The notes under the pieces: generated by a model | Seen by the model: the letters and a program-made list of their open reading frames with translations, nothing else | Database searches by the model: none | Told to the model about the DNA's origin: nothing | Program-made: the position numbers and the translations under genes | Assembly: GCA_963663765.2 (NCBI GenBank) | Contig: CAXXUA010000006.1 | Location: forward strand, 32,001 to 96,000 | Direction of reading: 5' to 3' | From: Candidatus Poribacteria bacterium | GTDB lineage: Bacteria; Poribacteria; WGA-4E; WGA-3G | DNA length: 64,000 nucleotides | Part shown: positions 21,429 to 31,876 of the stretch, piece by piece | Layout: each line of letters opens with the position of its first letter | Numbering within the stretch: position 1 is the stretch's first letter

Positions 21429-22170
21429 CATAGGTGTCAACTTAAGAAAAAGTCAAGTGCTAAATACCCCATCCCGGTAGGCGTGCTTGTAAGTGCGCCG
21501 ATAAACACAGGATTGGCAACGGCGCGCTTACAAAGCACGCCTGCAGGTGAGTGCAGTTGGGGGGCGCGCTTACAAAGCACGCCTGCAGGTGAGTGCAGTT
21601 GGGGGGCGCGCTTACAAAGCACTCCTGCGGATGAGTGCAGTTGGGGGGCGCGCTTACAAAGCGCGCCAGCAGGTGAGTGCGGGGCGCGCTTACAAAGCAC
21701 GCCTGCATTTTTTGGGAGTATGGAGCGCGCTTACAAAGCACGCCTGCAGGTGAGTGCAGTTGGGGGGCGCGCTTACAAAGCACGCCTGCGGATGAGTGCA
21801 GTTGGGGGGCGCGCTTACAAAGCACGCCTGCATTTTTTGGGAGTATGGAGCGCGCTTACAAAGCACGCCTGCAGGTGAGTGCAGTTGGGGGGCGCGCTTA
21901 CAAAGCACGCCTGCATTTTTTGGGAGTATGGAGCGCGCTTACAAAGCGCGCCTGCAGTGGGTATGCCAGCAGGTGAGTGCGGGGCGCGCTTACAAAGCAC
22001 GCCTGCATTTTTTGGGAGTATGGAGCGCGCTTACAAAGCGCACCTGCAGTGGGGTATGCCAGCAGGTAAGTGCGGGGCGCGCTTACAAAGCACGTCTACC
22101 TTGAGTGAGAAAATCGGGATTTCAAGGTTTCCCTCCTACAATAATATGAATCGCTAAGTTGACACCTATG
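21429..22170. mobile_element. MITE (TIR CATAGGTGTCAACTTA) containing a tandem REP array
   Basis: 16-bp TIRs; flanked by TGGGAGGGGTTT(T)CAACCC direct repeats at 21411-21428 and 22171-22189. Confidence 0.78.
21521..22099. repeat. Tandem array of ~14 GCGCGCTTACAAAGCACGCCTGC REP units with a few recurring linkers
   Basis: Mostly 36-52 bp period; linkers such as AGGTGAGTGCAGTTGGGGG and ATTTTTTGGGAGTATGGA recur. Confidence 0.9.
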
Positions 22171-22684
22171 TGGGAGGGGTTTTCAACCCCGACTGTGCCC
22201 CTCTTGCAGGCGTGCTTTGTAAGCGCGCCCCTTTTGTGGTGCGAATTGTCTGAACCAGGATTCACAGGATTTACGGATTTTCAGGATTTTTCTCATCAAG
22301 GTTTTTTGCTGTGCGTTTATGCTTACTTTTGGATAGGGTCAGACTGCACCAAACTCAAAATCCTGGAAATCTGCTAATCCCGGGGAATGCCATTGGGCGA
22401 ATGCGCGTATGGCATTCGCCATGATTCATACCCGGGGAATGCTTTTTAGCATTTATACCCGGGGAATGCCTAAAGAAGCATGCGCGTGTGGCATGCTCCA
22501 TGATTCATACCGTTGATTTCTTGATTTCTTGATTTGAAAATCCTGGTTCAGACAAAACAACCCCAATGTAAACCAAAAATTCATACCATCGTTAGACATA
22601 ATGTTTTACAAAGCATGCTGAGTAAATAAACATATCAAATAAAAAATTTTGAACACAAACAAAAGTCATAAGGAGACTAAACGA

Positions 22685-24586
22685 ATGAAACGCAATTTGA
22701 CGTTTTTCACTATAGCCTTACTTGCATTATATCAATTCGCATGTTCCTCACAAGATACTCAAAACCGCTTAGATAACCCAGTCGCAAAAGACTCACTCGG
22801 TGGCATCTCAGCAGCACCGATCGGCGACGATGTTGAACTCACAAGCATGTCCGAAGAAGAAGCAGAATTACTCGCAGACAAAACACGTCTACAGATCGTA
22901 ACCGTGCTGGAAGGTACAGGTCGCGTCGCAATAGAAGCACGATATAGAGGCGTGCGCGACTTCGGATTCGGGTTCCCCGTCTACGAATGCGAACTACTTG
23001 ACCAAAGTGTAGAGAATATGGGCGGCATCGCACAAGGTATGTCCGGCAGTCCAGTCGGACCACCAGGACAGGTGATGGGCGCACTCGCTTATGGGAATGC
23101 CTTTTCCGGCACACCCACACGGTTTTGGGTCACATCAATTGATGCAATGGAAGAAGCAAAAGACCGACTCACACTCGGCGACCGCTTAGCGAACGGGAAT
23201 GCACCCGGCGCACCCTCAGCCATCAGTTCAACGTTCGCACCCGTTAAAACACCCTTGATGATCACTGGTATCCAACCGCATCGCCTCTCACAAATAGAAC
23301 AACACCTTGAAGGTCACAACTTACAGTACCTTCAGATGTTCTCCAGTATGGGAGGTGAAGAGCAAGCACCCGCAGAAGTCAAACATAGCCTCAATGCTGG
23401 TGATATGATCGGCGTTGGAATTGCAACAGGCGATGTCGTCAACGCAATCGGATTCGGAACAGTCACACAGGTCTACGATGATGATACATTCCTCGCTTTC
23501 GGACATCCAATGACACAATCTGGCAAAACCGCAATGCCAGTCTACCGAGCAGTCGTCAACGGGCTCGTACCAAGCTTACAGATTTCATACAAATCCGTCT
23601 ACGCTTATGGTGACCCCATCGGCACTATCACAAAAGACCTGCTTCCCTGTATCGTCGGTGAATTGAACGATGTCCCGGACATGATACCTGTCACTTTCTC
23701 CTACCAGTTAGACTCGGATGAAACCATAACGAAAACCCACGAAGTCGCTTACGGACTAGAAGGGTTCATCCCTGTCATCGCAGCCTTGACATTCGATGCA
23801 CTTCGGCAGGAGGTCAACTTCGGTACGGTGCAAGGCTCAATCACACTCGAATTCGAAGAAACAGATAAAACCTACACGAATAAGTTCTACGGTGCCTCCA
23901 GAGATCCGTTCATAGATGTATTGCTCTATGTTTCCAACGCTGTCACATCCTTTACTGACATAACGTTGAATAGCGCGGGGAAAGCCACAATCAAGAACGT
24001 ATCCATCACCGTCCAAGACTCCCCGAAAATTCAGTTAGCTACTATCCACGAAATCGTCGCACCGGACACCATCACGGCTGGTGAAACGGCGACGTTTACG
24101 GTGAAGTTGCTACCCCATTGGACAGGTGTGGAAAACGGACGTAAAATTGAGAAAGAAATTACGTTGGACATCCCAGAGGGTTGGACGGAAGATCAGTATA
24201 AATTCACGGTGGTTTCTCCGTATCCGGATGGACCGCCCAGTGCATTTAGTGCGTTTTTTGGTGACGACATAGTTGATGAAATCATTTCTGTTCTTGATGG
24301 GGATGATAAAGAGGAAGAAGAAAATCTACCACCCGAAAACCTTGAAGAACTCATCAAAAGGAAAAGCATGGGGCTGGTGGACAATCCTGGGCTCCTGACT
24401 ATAATCCTGAAACCAACAAACGAGTTTGGTGATGACTTCTTTGATTTTGACTTCGGTTTTGATGATTTGGACAATGGTGGCATGGAAGCAGAAGATGAAA
24501 CACCATCATCCGTTGAAACAACCGTCACGATTGACGATTTCATCGTTGTCGGCACAAAGAGTGTCAGAGTCAACACCACCCAGTGA
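22685..24586 (+). CDS. SpoIVB-like peptidase S55 domain lipoprotein
   Basis: GGIAQGMSGSPV, GALAYG, FLAFGHPM motifs; lipobox FAC; AAGGAG RBS; acidic C-terminus. Confidence 0.8.
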   Translation: MKRNLTFFTIALLALYQFACSSQDTQNRLDNPVAKDSLGGISAAPIGDDVELTSMSEEEAELLADKTRLQIVTVLEGTGRVAIEARYRGVRDFGFGFPVYECELLDQSVENMGGIAQGMSGSPVGPPGQVMGALAYGNAFSGTPTRFWVTSIDAMEEAKDRLTLGDRLANGNAPGAPSAISSTFAPVKTPLMITGIQPHRLSQIEQHLEGHNLQYLQMFSSMGGEEQAPAEVKHSLNAGDMIGVGIATGDVVNAIGFGTVTQVYDDDTFLAFGHPMTQSGKTAMPVYRAVVNGLVPSLQISYKSVYAYGDPIGTITKDLLPCIVGELNDVPDMIPVTFSYQLDSDETITKTHEVAYGLEGFIPVIAALTFDALRQEVNFGTVQGSITLEFEETDKTYTNKFYGASRDPFIDVLLYVSNAVTSFTDITLNSAGKATIKNVSITVQDSPKIQLATIHEIVAPDTITAGETATFTVKLLPHWTGVENGRKIEKEITLDIPEGWTEDQYKFTVVSPYPDGPPSAFSAFFGDDIVDEIISVLDGDDKEEEENLPPENLEELIKRKSMGLVDNPGLLTIILKPTNEFGDDFFDFDFGFDDLDNGGMEAEDETPSSVETTVTIDDFIVVGTKSVRVNTTQ

Positions 24587-25011
24587 CGTTGATAACCGCA
24601 CACGATAGTAAGCGTGCTTTGTAAGCGCGCCCCTAACTGCAGGCGTGCTTTGTAAGCGCGCCCCTAACTGCCAGGCGTGCTTTGTAAGCGCGCCTCTCTT
24701 GTGGTCGTGGTTTTCAACCGCGATGACCGCACACGATAGTAGGCGGGGAATGCCAAAAGGCATTCATACCGTTGATTTGGTGCTTTGTAAGCGCGCCTCT
24801 TGTCTGAACCAGGATTCACAGGATTACCAGATTTCCAAGATTATGAGTTCGTCGCGTTATTCCCCTAACCACAAGTAAGCATAAACGCACATCATATATA
24901 CCTGGATGTGGGAAATCCTGATTCAGACACAAACGCGGATAGAACCTCTGCCCAAACCGAGATCCCCACAATCACCCAACAAATCACCACGCAAACCTAA
25001 TAGAAATCCCA

Positions 25012-26197
25012 ATGCGAACTGCAAACAGAGGCGTGACAACGAGGGTCGGTATCTGCAAAATAGGGATAGAATATGATGCAACAGGTAAACAGACGCTAAC
25101 ATTTGCGCCGTTTGCGAACCAACAGATCACAATCAGCACCGAATTCAGCTTGGACATCGCCATCACAGGCAACCCCGCACGCGTTTTCGTTGAGGAACTA
25201 TTAGAAGGATTCCACTACCACTGGACAGGGAACGTGGTGCAGATACGCGGCACCGCTACACGACTGATACCAACGCGCAAGTCACCGTGCATGCCGATGC
25301 CGAGTCCCGCAGCGCGTTATTCAGTGTTGTCCCTGTTGCGCCTGTCATCACAACGTTACCCCAGCAGACGTTGATACGCGGTATCAGCAACGAGTTCATC
25401 ATTCCTGTCAGCAACAATCCGACACATGTTGCTGTGCGGGGTGCGTGGATAGGCATGAAGTCCGAACCGCATCCGCAGGGTATCCGTGTCTACGGCACTG
25501 TGCCACGCACCGTAGATGCAGACTTCATCAAAACCGAAGGCAATTTAGACGTACAGGTCGCTACGGGTGTATTGACAGACACCGCGCAAATCCCGTTTAT
25601 CTTCGGCACCGGGGCAGCACCGAGATGGCGGAACATCCCCGATGGCACAACCTATTATCGCGAAATCGGGCAGTCGTTCAGTCTGAATCTATCAAGTTAT
25701 GCCCTGGGCACACCGACACCAACGGTCACACACCTCTCCGGGACGATCCCACCCGGTCTCGTGCTTACCACCAACAACATGCTCTCGGGCAGGTTCACCA
25801 CTGCTGGCGTGTATGCCCCCATCTTCCGTGCTACTAACGGATTGGGACATGCCGATAGCGAACCTGTGGACTTCACCGTCTACGCTGCGTTCGCTGCACC
25901 GGCATATATCAGCAACACTGCGGAAAAAGTTGGACTGCCGATGCATCTACCGACACGTTGGATGTCTCGTTGTGGTTCACGCAGGGCAAACCGCCCGGTC
26001 GCTATAGTGTGCAGCTATTTGAGTATGACCCCAGTGAGGGATATTATGATGTGAATATCTCCTCAACAGGCATCATCAGTCTCAGCACCAGCAATCCGCC
26101 GCAAGATGGCGATCGGATGTCTGCGCGGGTAAGTCTTGCGAATAGGGAAGGCACAGCGCAGTCTGATACGTTTGATATTGAAATAGATTACAGTTGA
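25012..26197 (+). pseudogene. Frameshifted Ig-like (He_PIG-type) domain protein
   Basis: Three overlapping ORFs; SGTIPPGLVL..LSGRFTTAGVY..RATNGLG Ig motif; visibly GC-richer than its flanks. Confidence 0.55.
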
Positions 26198-26461
26198 TTG
26201 GTCTGCGGATTACACGGAGGCACGCGGAGAAAACATCTCGCCGATATTTTTTGCAAAGGATAGGTGTTTTCTAAGCAACACCATTTGATGCTGGTATCTT
26301 CTCCGCGTCTTCTGCTAATTGTCTGAACCAAGATTTACTGGATTTGCGGATTACCAAGATTCACCATACACACGGTTTTTGATGCACATTGGACGTCTAC
26401 TTCTAAATATTGACACAATGCACCAAACTCATAATCCTGAAAATCTTGGTTCAGACAAATC

Positions 26462-26617
26462 ATACCAATTCAAATTAATCTTGTCTCATTAAGGAATTCT
26501 ACTGTTTACTGGCAGGGGGTTACTCTCTTCGGTAGGAGCGACCTCCCGGTCGCGACCGGGAGGTCGCTCCTACCAGATTTCCGCTGCTAATGAGACATTA
26601 TCACATGGAAATGGTAT
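26462..26617. mobile_element. MITE (ATACCAATTC...AAATGGTAT ends) carrying a GGTAGGAGCGACC REP palindrome
   Basis: Near-identical copies at ~31708-31863 and inverted at ~39624-39778. Confidence 0.75.
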
Positions 26618-26621
26618 CAGA

Positions 26622-27125
26622 TTAGAGATAACCTGCTTTTGATAGCAAAGTCGCAAGGTTCTTTTTTCTACCACAACGTCCAATCAGAACCGAGACATTT
26701 TTGACTTGGAAGTTCACGGTTATTTGTCGGTGTTTTGGATTCGTCCAGTTAATACCGCGTCCATGGAACAGCACTGGCACAAAGACGGTTTTACCGTATT
26801 GCATTGGGTCTGGTGCAAGGGTTGTGGCAAACCTCAAGCTAATTTCAATCTTTTCACGGACATCCGATTCATCGGCTATTCCGCTTTTGAGTTCAATTGG
26901 AACTGCAACAAAGGTCTTTTTAGTGGTGTTTCCGTAAAATAGCAGCCGGTCACACCTTTTTCGATTGTCTGGGTGTGCGTCAAACTCTTTCTCTACATCG
27001 ATCATGAGCTTCTGTCTGGGCATGTCGGTGAGGTAGACTCAACATCCCTCTCCGCCGCATGAGTTGGTAAGACTGTCTGGGGATACCTGCGCTTGAATTT
27101 CGGCAAGTCCTTTACTCAGATTCAA
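26622..27125 (-). pseudogene. Putative PD-(D/E)xK-like nuclease partner of the AAA ATPase, with an in-frame TGA
   Basis: TTG start overlapping the ATPase end; reads ...SCGGEGC-TGA(27039-27041)-VYLTDMP...; RCDRLLF...PIELKSG motif. Confidence 0.55.
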
Positions 27126-28554
27126 CCGCATTGCTCCCTTTCGTTTGCTCAATTCTGTTTTGGAGTCCAGCGGACTGGTTATAGAGGTCTTCCGCTATAT
27201 CCAAGTGATCTTCTGGTTCTATGCCTTCAACAAGTTTAAATGGGAGTTCTGTAACCGGCTTGTTCTTATGGAACCACCACGTCCCGACTTCTTCCGCGTT
27301 CAGATAGTCTGCGGATTCACTTGTGGATTCTCCCTGTTTACGTAATTCACCTTCGCGTATCAGGTTGCCGATCTGTTGGAGGAGATAGTTGCTATGCGTT
27401 GTAATCAAGACTTGGACACCCGCACGGATTAAACGGGCAAGTGTCTGGGCGATTTTGGTTTGCGCGCCCGGATGTAGGTGGGATTCAGGTTCTTCAATAA
27501 TAAGCAAGTCACCCTGATTGATGACACCTCGCAGAAAAAGGACTAAAGGCGCGAGTTCGGACACCATCGCTGCGGAGTGGCTCATCCGTAGTCCCTCTTT
27601 TGCATGTTCGGGAAGGTACAGAAATTCGGGGTGCGCTTCTGGTGCGGAACGTTTCACCTCAATTTTGCCCTCCAGTAGTTCGTCCTCAAGCCTCTTAGCG
27701 ATGTCCTCTATTTCCTCTGAAGATTTCTTGCGTTCCTTGTAGTTAATAATCTGCTCCAGAAAATCCCCTATCATTCCGGATAATGTAGACACTTCAAGGT
27801 GATCTAAACCAATACGCGTCGCTCTTCTGATAAGCGCAGTCGCGAGTATATCTCGACTTTGCATGATACCACTCCGAGCAGCAGGTAGGTAAAATGAATT
27901 ACCTGCTCGCCACTGACGGGCACCTAAAGTCCGAAAAAAACGTTCAACATCGGATTTTTCAAGGAACTCAGTATTACGTCTTACGTCAAAGAGAATCATG
28001 TCTGGATTGATATTCCCGGTTGTAGTGGGATCAGCGGATCCAGCGGTCCGCACATCAAAATCCCAACACGTTTGATCTTCCTCGCTAACCGACAGCACAA
28101 CGTTCATCTCGTTGCCTTGGCTACCAGTGAATCGAATTAACTTAGAAACTGCCTCAATGTCAAAACACCTTATAAGCTCATTTGCGAAGTCTTCCCGTTC
28201 CGTGAGTCTGCACTCGGACTGAGAGGTTATCTCCCGAGGTAAATCAGAGAATTTGAATGGACGCTTAGGTGTGTTTAACTTTTCGAGTATCTCTAATTTT
28301 TCTTGTTCTACCTTATCTTGTAGACTTGGGGAAAGGCGACTTCGCGGTCCGTAAATGAGACCGAGGAAAAAAGTAGCAGAGTCTGCCCAAGGAATATGTG
28401 AAAACCCCTGAAAATGTTGGTGTAACGCGTAGATGAGGGCGGCGAGATACGTCTTGCCGGTGTTGCTCTCACCGACGAAGACAGTCAACGGACGCAGGTC
28501 TACCGCTGCCTTTTTTATCGGACCGAAGTTTTTTGCGTTAATGTGGATGTCCAC
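27112..28554 (-). CDS. ABC-type AAA ATPase (AAA_15/AAA_21-like)
   Basis: KNFGPI, Walker A GESNTGKT, Walker B IIEEPESHLHP, H-loop ITTHS. Confidence 0.85.
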   Translation of the reverse strand: MDIHINAKNFGPIKKAAVDLRPLTVFVGESNTGKTYLAALIYALHQHFQGFSHIPWADSATFFLGLIYGPRSRLSPSLQDKVEQEKLEILEKLNTPKRPFKFSDLPREITSQSECRLTEREDFANELIRCFDIEAVSKLIRFTGSQGNEMNVVLSVSEEDQTCWDFDVRTAGSADPTTTGNINPDMILFDVRRNTEFLEKSDVERFFRTLGARQWRAGNSFYLPAARSGIMQSRDILATALIRRATRIGLDHLEVSTLSGMIGDFLEQIINYKERKKSSEEIEDIAKRLEDELLEGKIEVKRSAPEAHPEFLYLPEHAKEGLRMSHSAAMVSELAPLVLFLRGVINQGDLLIIEEPESHLHPGAQTKIAQTLARLIRAGVQVLITTHSNYLLQQIGNLIREGELRKQGESTSESADYLNAEEVGTWWFHKNKPVTELPFKLVEGIEPEDHLDIAEDLYNQSAGLQNRIEQTKGSNAVESE

Positions 28555-28938
28555 TGTTTCTTCTCCCAGTTGATGCTGGTTTAGAAACTATTATATGTGC
28601 ATCTGTGATGAATTTCAAGGAAAATGATGCCGTTATTGGCAACTGTCAGCATTGCGGAGGACGCGTGTTATTTGTCTGAACCAGGATTGACAGGATTGCC
28701 AGATTATCGGGATTACGCGGTTTTGTGTACGGAATCGCAGATTACACACCTGCCTTTTGGTAGGAGCGACCTACTGGTCTCGACCGTATTCATACACTGT
28801 CGGGACCGGTAAATCAAGAAATCAACGGTATGAATGCCTTGGGCGAATACGCGTGTGGTATTCGCCATGATTTCCCGGGTCGCTCCTACCAATGCGGGGA
28901 GTGTCATCTGTGTCCTCCGTGCTCTTGTCTGGTTCACA

Positions 28939-29454
28939 TCATTCGAACAAGCCGATGCAATTGGCATAGACCGTTGCGTCATCACGGTTCACGGTGAATT
29001 CAAGGAAATAGTAATATGTATCGTCTACATCGTGAATGCGGTTATCTGAGATGTGCCAATGTTCCAAGCGGTCGTGGAGGTAATCAATATAATCAGTGCG
29101 GGCGTTGCGGGTTGTGAATAGGATTTGCACCACCGGTGGCGTCCCTGTCTGAAACGACCTGTCACAATTGTCTTTCACCCATTGTATTGTATCGTCAATC
29201 TGCTGTTGAACGGCAGTATCAGTGATCGCTTCCCAGTTGTGCTCATACACGGTGTGTTCCAGTTCGGTTTTGGTCTCAATGATGTCGGGTTGGTTTGTCG
29301 TGATGACCTCGTTTGATGATTCATCGGGTGTTGTTGTTGTTGGGGGAGGGGTCGTCACGACATCCATCACGGGCGAAGTGGGACCAGTGCATCCGAACAT
29401 AACGATACACGCACCCAGCATGACACTGATACATAACATATTACACTTGTTCAT
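28939..29454 (-). CDS. Hypothetical lipoprotein
   Basis: Hydrophobic signal ending FGC, Pro/Thr linker, AAAGGA RBS. Confidence 0.6.
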   Translation of the reverse strand: MNKCNMLCISVMLGACIVMFGCTGPTSPVMDVVTTPPPTTTTPDESSNEVITTNQPDIIETKTELEHTVYEHNWEAITDTAVQQQIDDTIQWVKDNCDRSFQTGTPPVVQILFTTRNARTDYIDYLHDRLEHWHISDNRIHDVDDTYYYFLEFTVNRDDATVYANCIGLFE

Positions 29455-29655
29455 TTGGACACATCCTTTTTTTATTACAAGACTCTAATTTTTTATTACA
29501 AGACTCTAATTATAAAACGCTAACGGTGGGGGTTGTGTTACTGATATTTTGAGTATTGACTGAATAGCGGAGTATGCGGGTGTTATTTGTCTGAACAAGG
29601 ATTTACAGGATTAGCGGATTATCAGGATTATGCTATCCAGGCTTTTTGATACATA

Positions 29656-29837
29656 TAGGACTTACGCACCCAACGGTAGGCGAGCTTTGATGAAGATTAA
29701 GAAATAAATTAGGTAATTCTATCTAACCCACCCTGGTAGGCGTGCTTTGTAAGCGCGCTGGAAACCGAAAAAATGCTGAAAATTACACCATTTTCGTCAT
29801 AATTCTTCATCAAATCATGAAAACTGCGTAAGTCCGT
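29656..29837. mobile_element. MITE with AGGACTTACGCA termini
   Basis: Related to the copy at 53218-53339. Confidence 0.65.
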
Positions 29838-30129
29838 ACATATTTATGTTGTTTTTTGATTTGGATTTGATGTGGTAAATCCTGTAAATCTGGTAATCCT
29901 GTAAATCCTGGTTCAGATGGAAGCGCAGAGGACACGTTCATCCGCGTCATCCGAGATACAGACACACACCCAAAAAAAAAAGTTATGCACATAGGGGTGT
30001 GTAAAGTTTTTGGCAGATGTGTTGTCAGAATCACGGATTACTCGAATAAAACAGGAACCTTACGTATTATGTCTGAATCACAGAGAACACAGCAAACGCG
30101 GAATGTGTTTTTTTCATCATTACCCTCTT

Positions 30130-30552
30130 GGTAGGAGCAACCTCCTGGTCGCGACCGTAAGGATACAATGAATCAAAACGGTCGCGACCGGGAGGTCGCT
30201 CCTACCAACACAGGGGACGGTCGCGACCGGGAGGTCGCTCCTACCAACACAGGGGACGGTCGCGACCGGGAGGTCGCTCCTACCAACGCAGGGGACGGTC
30301 GCGACCCGGGAGGTCGCTCCTACCAACGCAGGGGACGGTCGCGACCGGGAGGTCGCTCCTACCAACCCAGAGGACGGTCGCGACCGGGAGGTCGCTCCTA
30401 CCAACCCAGGGGACGGTCGCGACCGGGAGGATACAATGAATCAAAACGGTCGCGACCGGGAGGTCGCTCCTACCAACGCCGGGGACGGTCGCGACCGGGA
30501 GGTCGCTCCTACCAACGCCGGGGACGGTCGCGACCAGGAGGTCGCTCCTACC
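30130..30552. repeat. Tandem array of ~10 GGTCGCGACCGGGAGGTCGCTCCTACC (GTAG-type REP) units, ~39-bp period
   Basis: One inverted unit followed by direct units with linker AAC(A/G/C)C(A/C)G(G/A)GGAC. Confidence 0.9.
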
Positions 30553-30698
30553 GCGGGGTTTCATTTTGGAAAATTTGATCATTAGGAAAACTGAATAATC
30601 CTATTGACCTATTGAATGGAATAATATTCAACATGAAAAATTACCTGAAATATGATATACTGCAACAATATACTTTTTGATTTGGAGAATAACTATAG

Positions 30699-31634
30699 AT
30701 GAGTAATGATTGGGTTGTTTACGAAGGAAAAGATGGACCCGGTAAGGGTAAACAGATCGTATTGGTAAGTGGTGACGAGGAATATCGCTCTGAAGAAGCG
30801 TTGCCAATGTTAGGTCAAGTGTTAGCAGAACATCATGGTTTTCGCTGTGTTGTGCTATTTGCAATTGACCCTGACACGGGAGAGATTGATCCGAATAATC
30901 AACATAATATTCCCGGTCTACATCAACTTGAAGATGCAGATATGATGGTATTGTTCACCCGTTTCCGTGAGTTACCAGACGAACAGATGAAGTACATTGT
31001 AGATTATACGAATGCTGGTAAACCTGTGATGGGGCTACGCACAGCAACACATGCTTTTAACTATAAACAAAACCTTGACAGTCCTTATGCGAAATACAGT
31101 TTCAACAGTAAAGATTTTGATGGAGGATATGGTCGACAAGTTCTCGGTGAAACGTGGATCAATCATCATGGACATCACGGTAAAGAAAGTGCTCGTGGTG
31201 TTATTGATGAAGAGATGAAGAATCATCCTATTTTAAAGGGTGTTTCAGATATTTGGGGTCCGTCGGATGTATATGGTATTAAAGAATTGACCGGAGATGC
31301 ACAAGTGTTAGTGCACGGACAGGTCTTAGTTGGAATGGAACCGACCGATGTTCCAAAACCGGATACAGTAACCAAGCCAATAGCGTGGATAAAAACGTAT
31401 ACAGGAGAAACCGGACATACATCACGAATCTTCAATACGACAATGGGGGCATCTGTTGATCTGGAAAGTGAAGGACTTAGACGTTTACTCGTTAACGGAT
31501 GTTATTGGTGTATGGGGATGGAAGATTCCATTCCTGATAAAAGTGTTGTTGACTATGTTGGTGATTATGATGCGACTTTCTTCGGTTTTGCTACGTTTAA
31601 GAAGGGACTAAAACCTGCGGATCATGCATTGTAG
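30699..31634 (+). CDS. ThuA-like (class I glutamine amidotransferase-like) domain protein
   Basis: SGDEEYRSEE, GLRTATHAF, RIFNTTMG motifs. Confidence 0.75.
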   Translation: MSNDWVVYEGKDGPGKGKQIVLVSGDEEYRSEEALPMLGQVLAEHHGFRCVVLFAIDPDTGEIDPNNQHNIPGLHQLEDADMMVLFTRFRELPDEQMKYIVDYTNAGKPVMGLRTATHAFNYKQNLDSPYAKYSFNSKDFDGGYGRQVLGETWINHHGHHGKESARGVIDEEMKNHPILKGVSDIWGPSDVYGIKELTGDAQVLVHGQVLVGMEPTDVPKPDTVTKPIAWIKTYTGETGHTSRIFNTTMGASVDLESEGLRRLLVNGCYWCMGMEDSIPDKSVVDYVGDYDATFFGFATFKKGLKPADHAL

Positions 31635-31876
31635 ATTCTATCTTTATTTAAACTGTTAGGTGGAGTATCAAATCTCCACCTTTCTTGATATAGACCAAAA
31701 GCATATTATACCAATTCAAATAAATCTTGTCTCATTAAGGAATTCTACTGTTTATTGGCAGGGGGTTACTCTCTTCGGTAGGAGCGACCTCCCGGTTGCG
31801 ACCGGGAGGTCGCTCCTACCAGATTTTCGCTGCTAATGAGACATTATCACATGAAAATGGTATTACTAAATTGATA

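Noticed and set aside
21521-22099. CRISPR array
   Set aside because: Linkers are short and recur, the unit is a REP dispersed through the window, and no cas genes are present
21312-22377. ORFs in REP and MITE DNA (also 13122-13500, 19074-19508, 30120-30582, 56933-57428)
   Set aside because: Translations of non-coding palindromic repeats
30130-30552. CRISPR array
   Set aside because: The ~12-nt linkers are near-identical; the unit is a GTAG-type REP also found at 26532, 31778 and 39665
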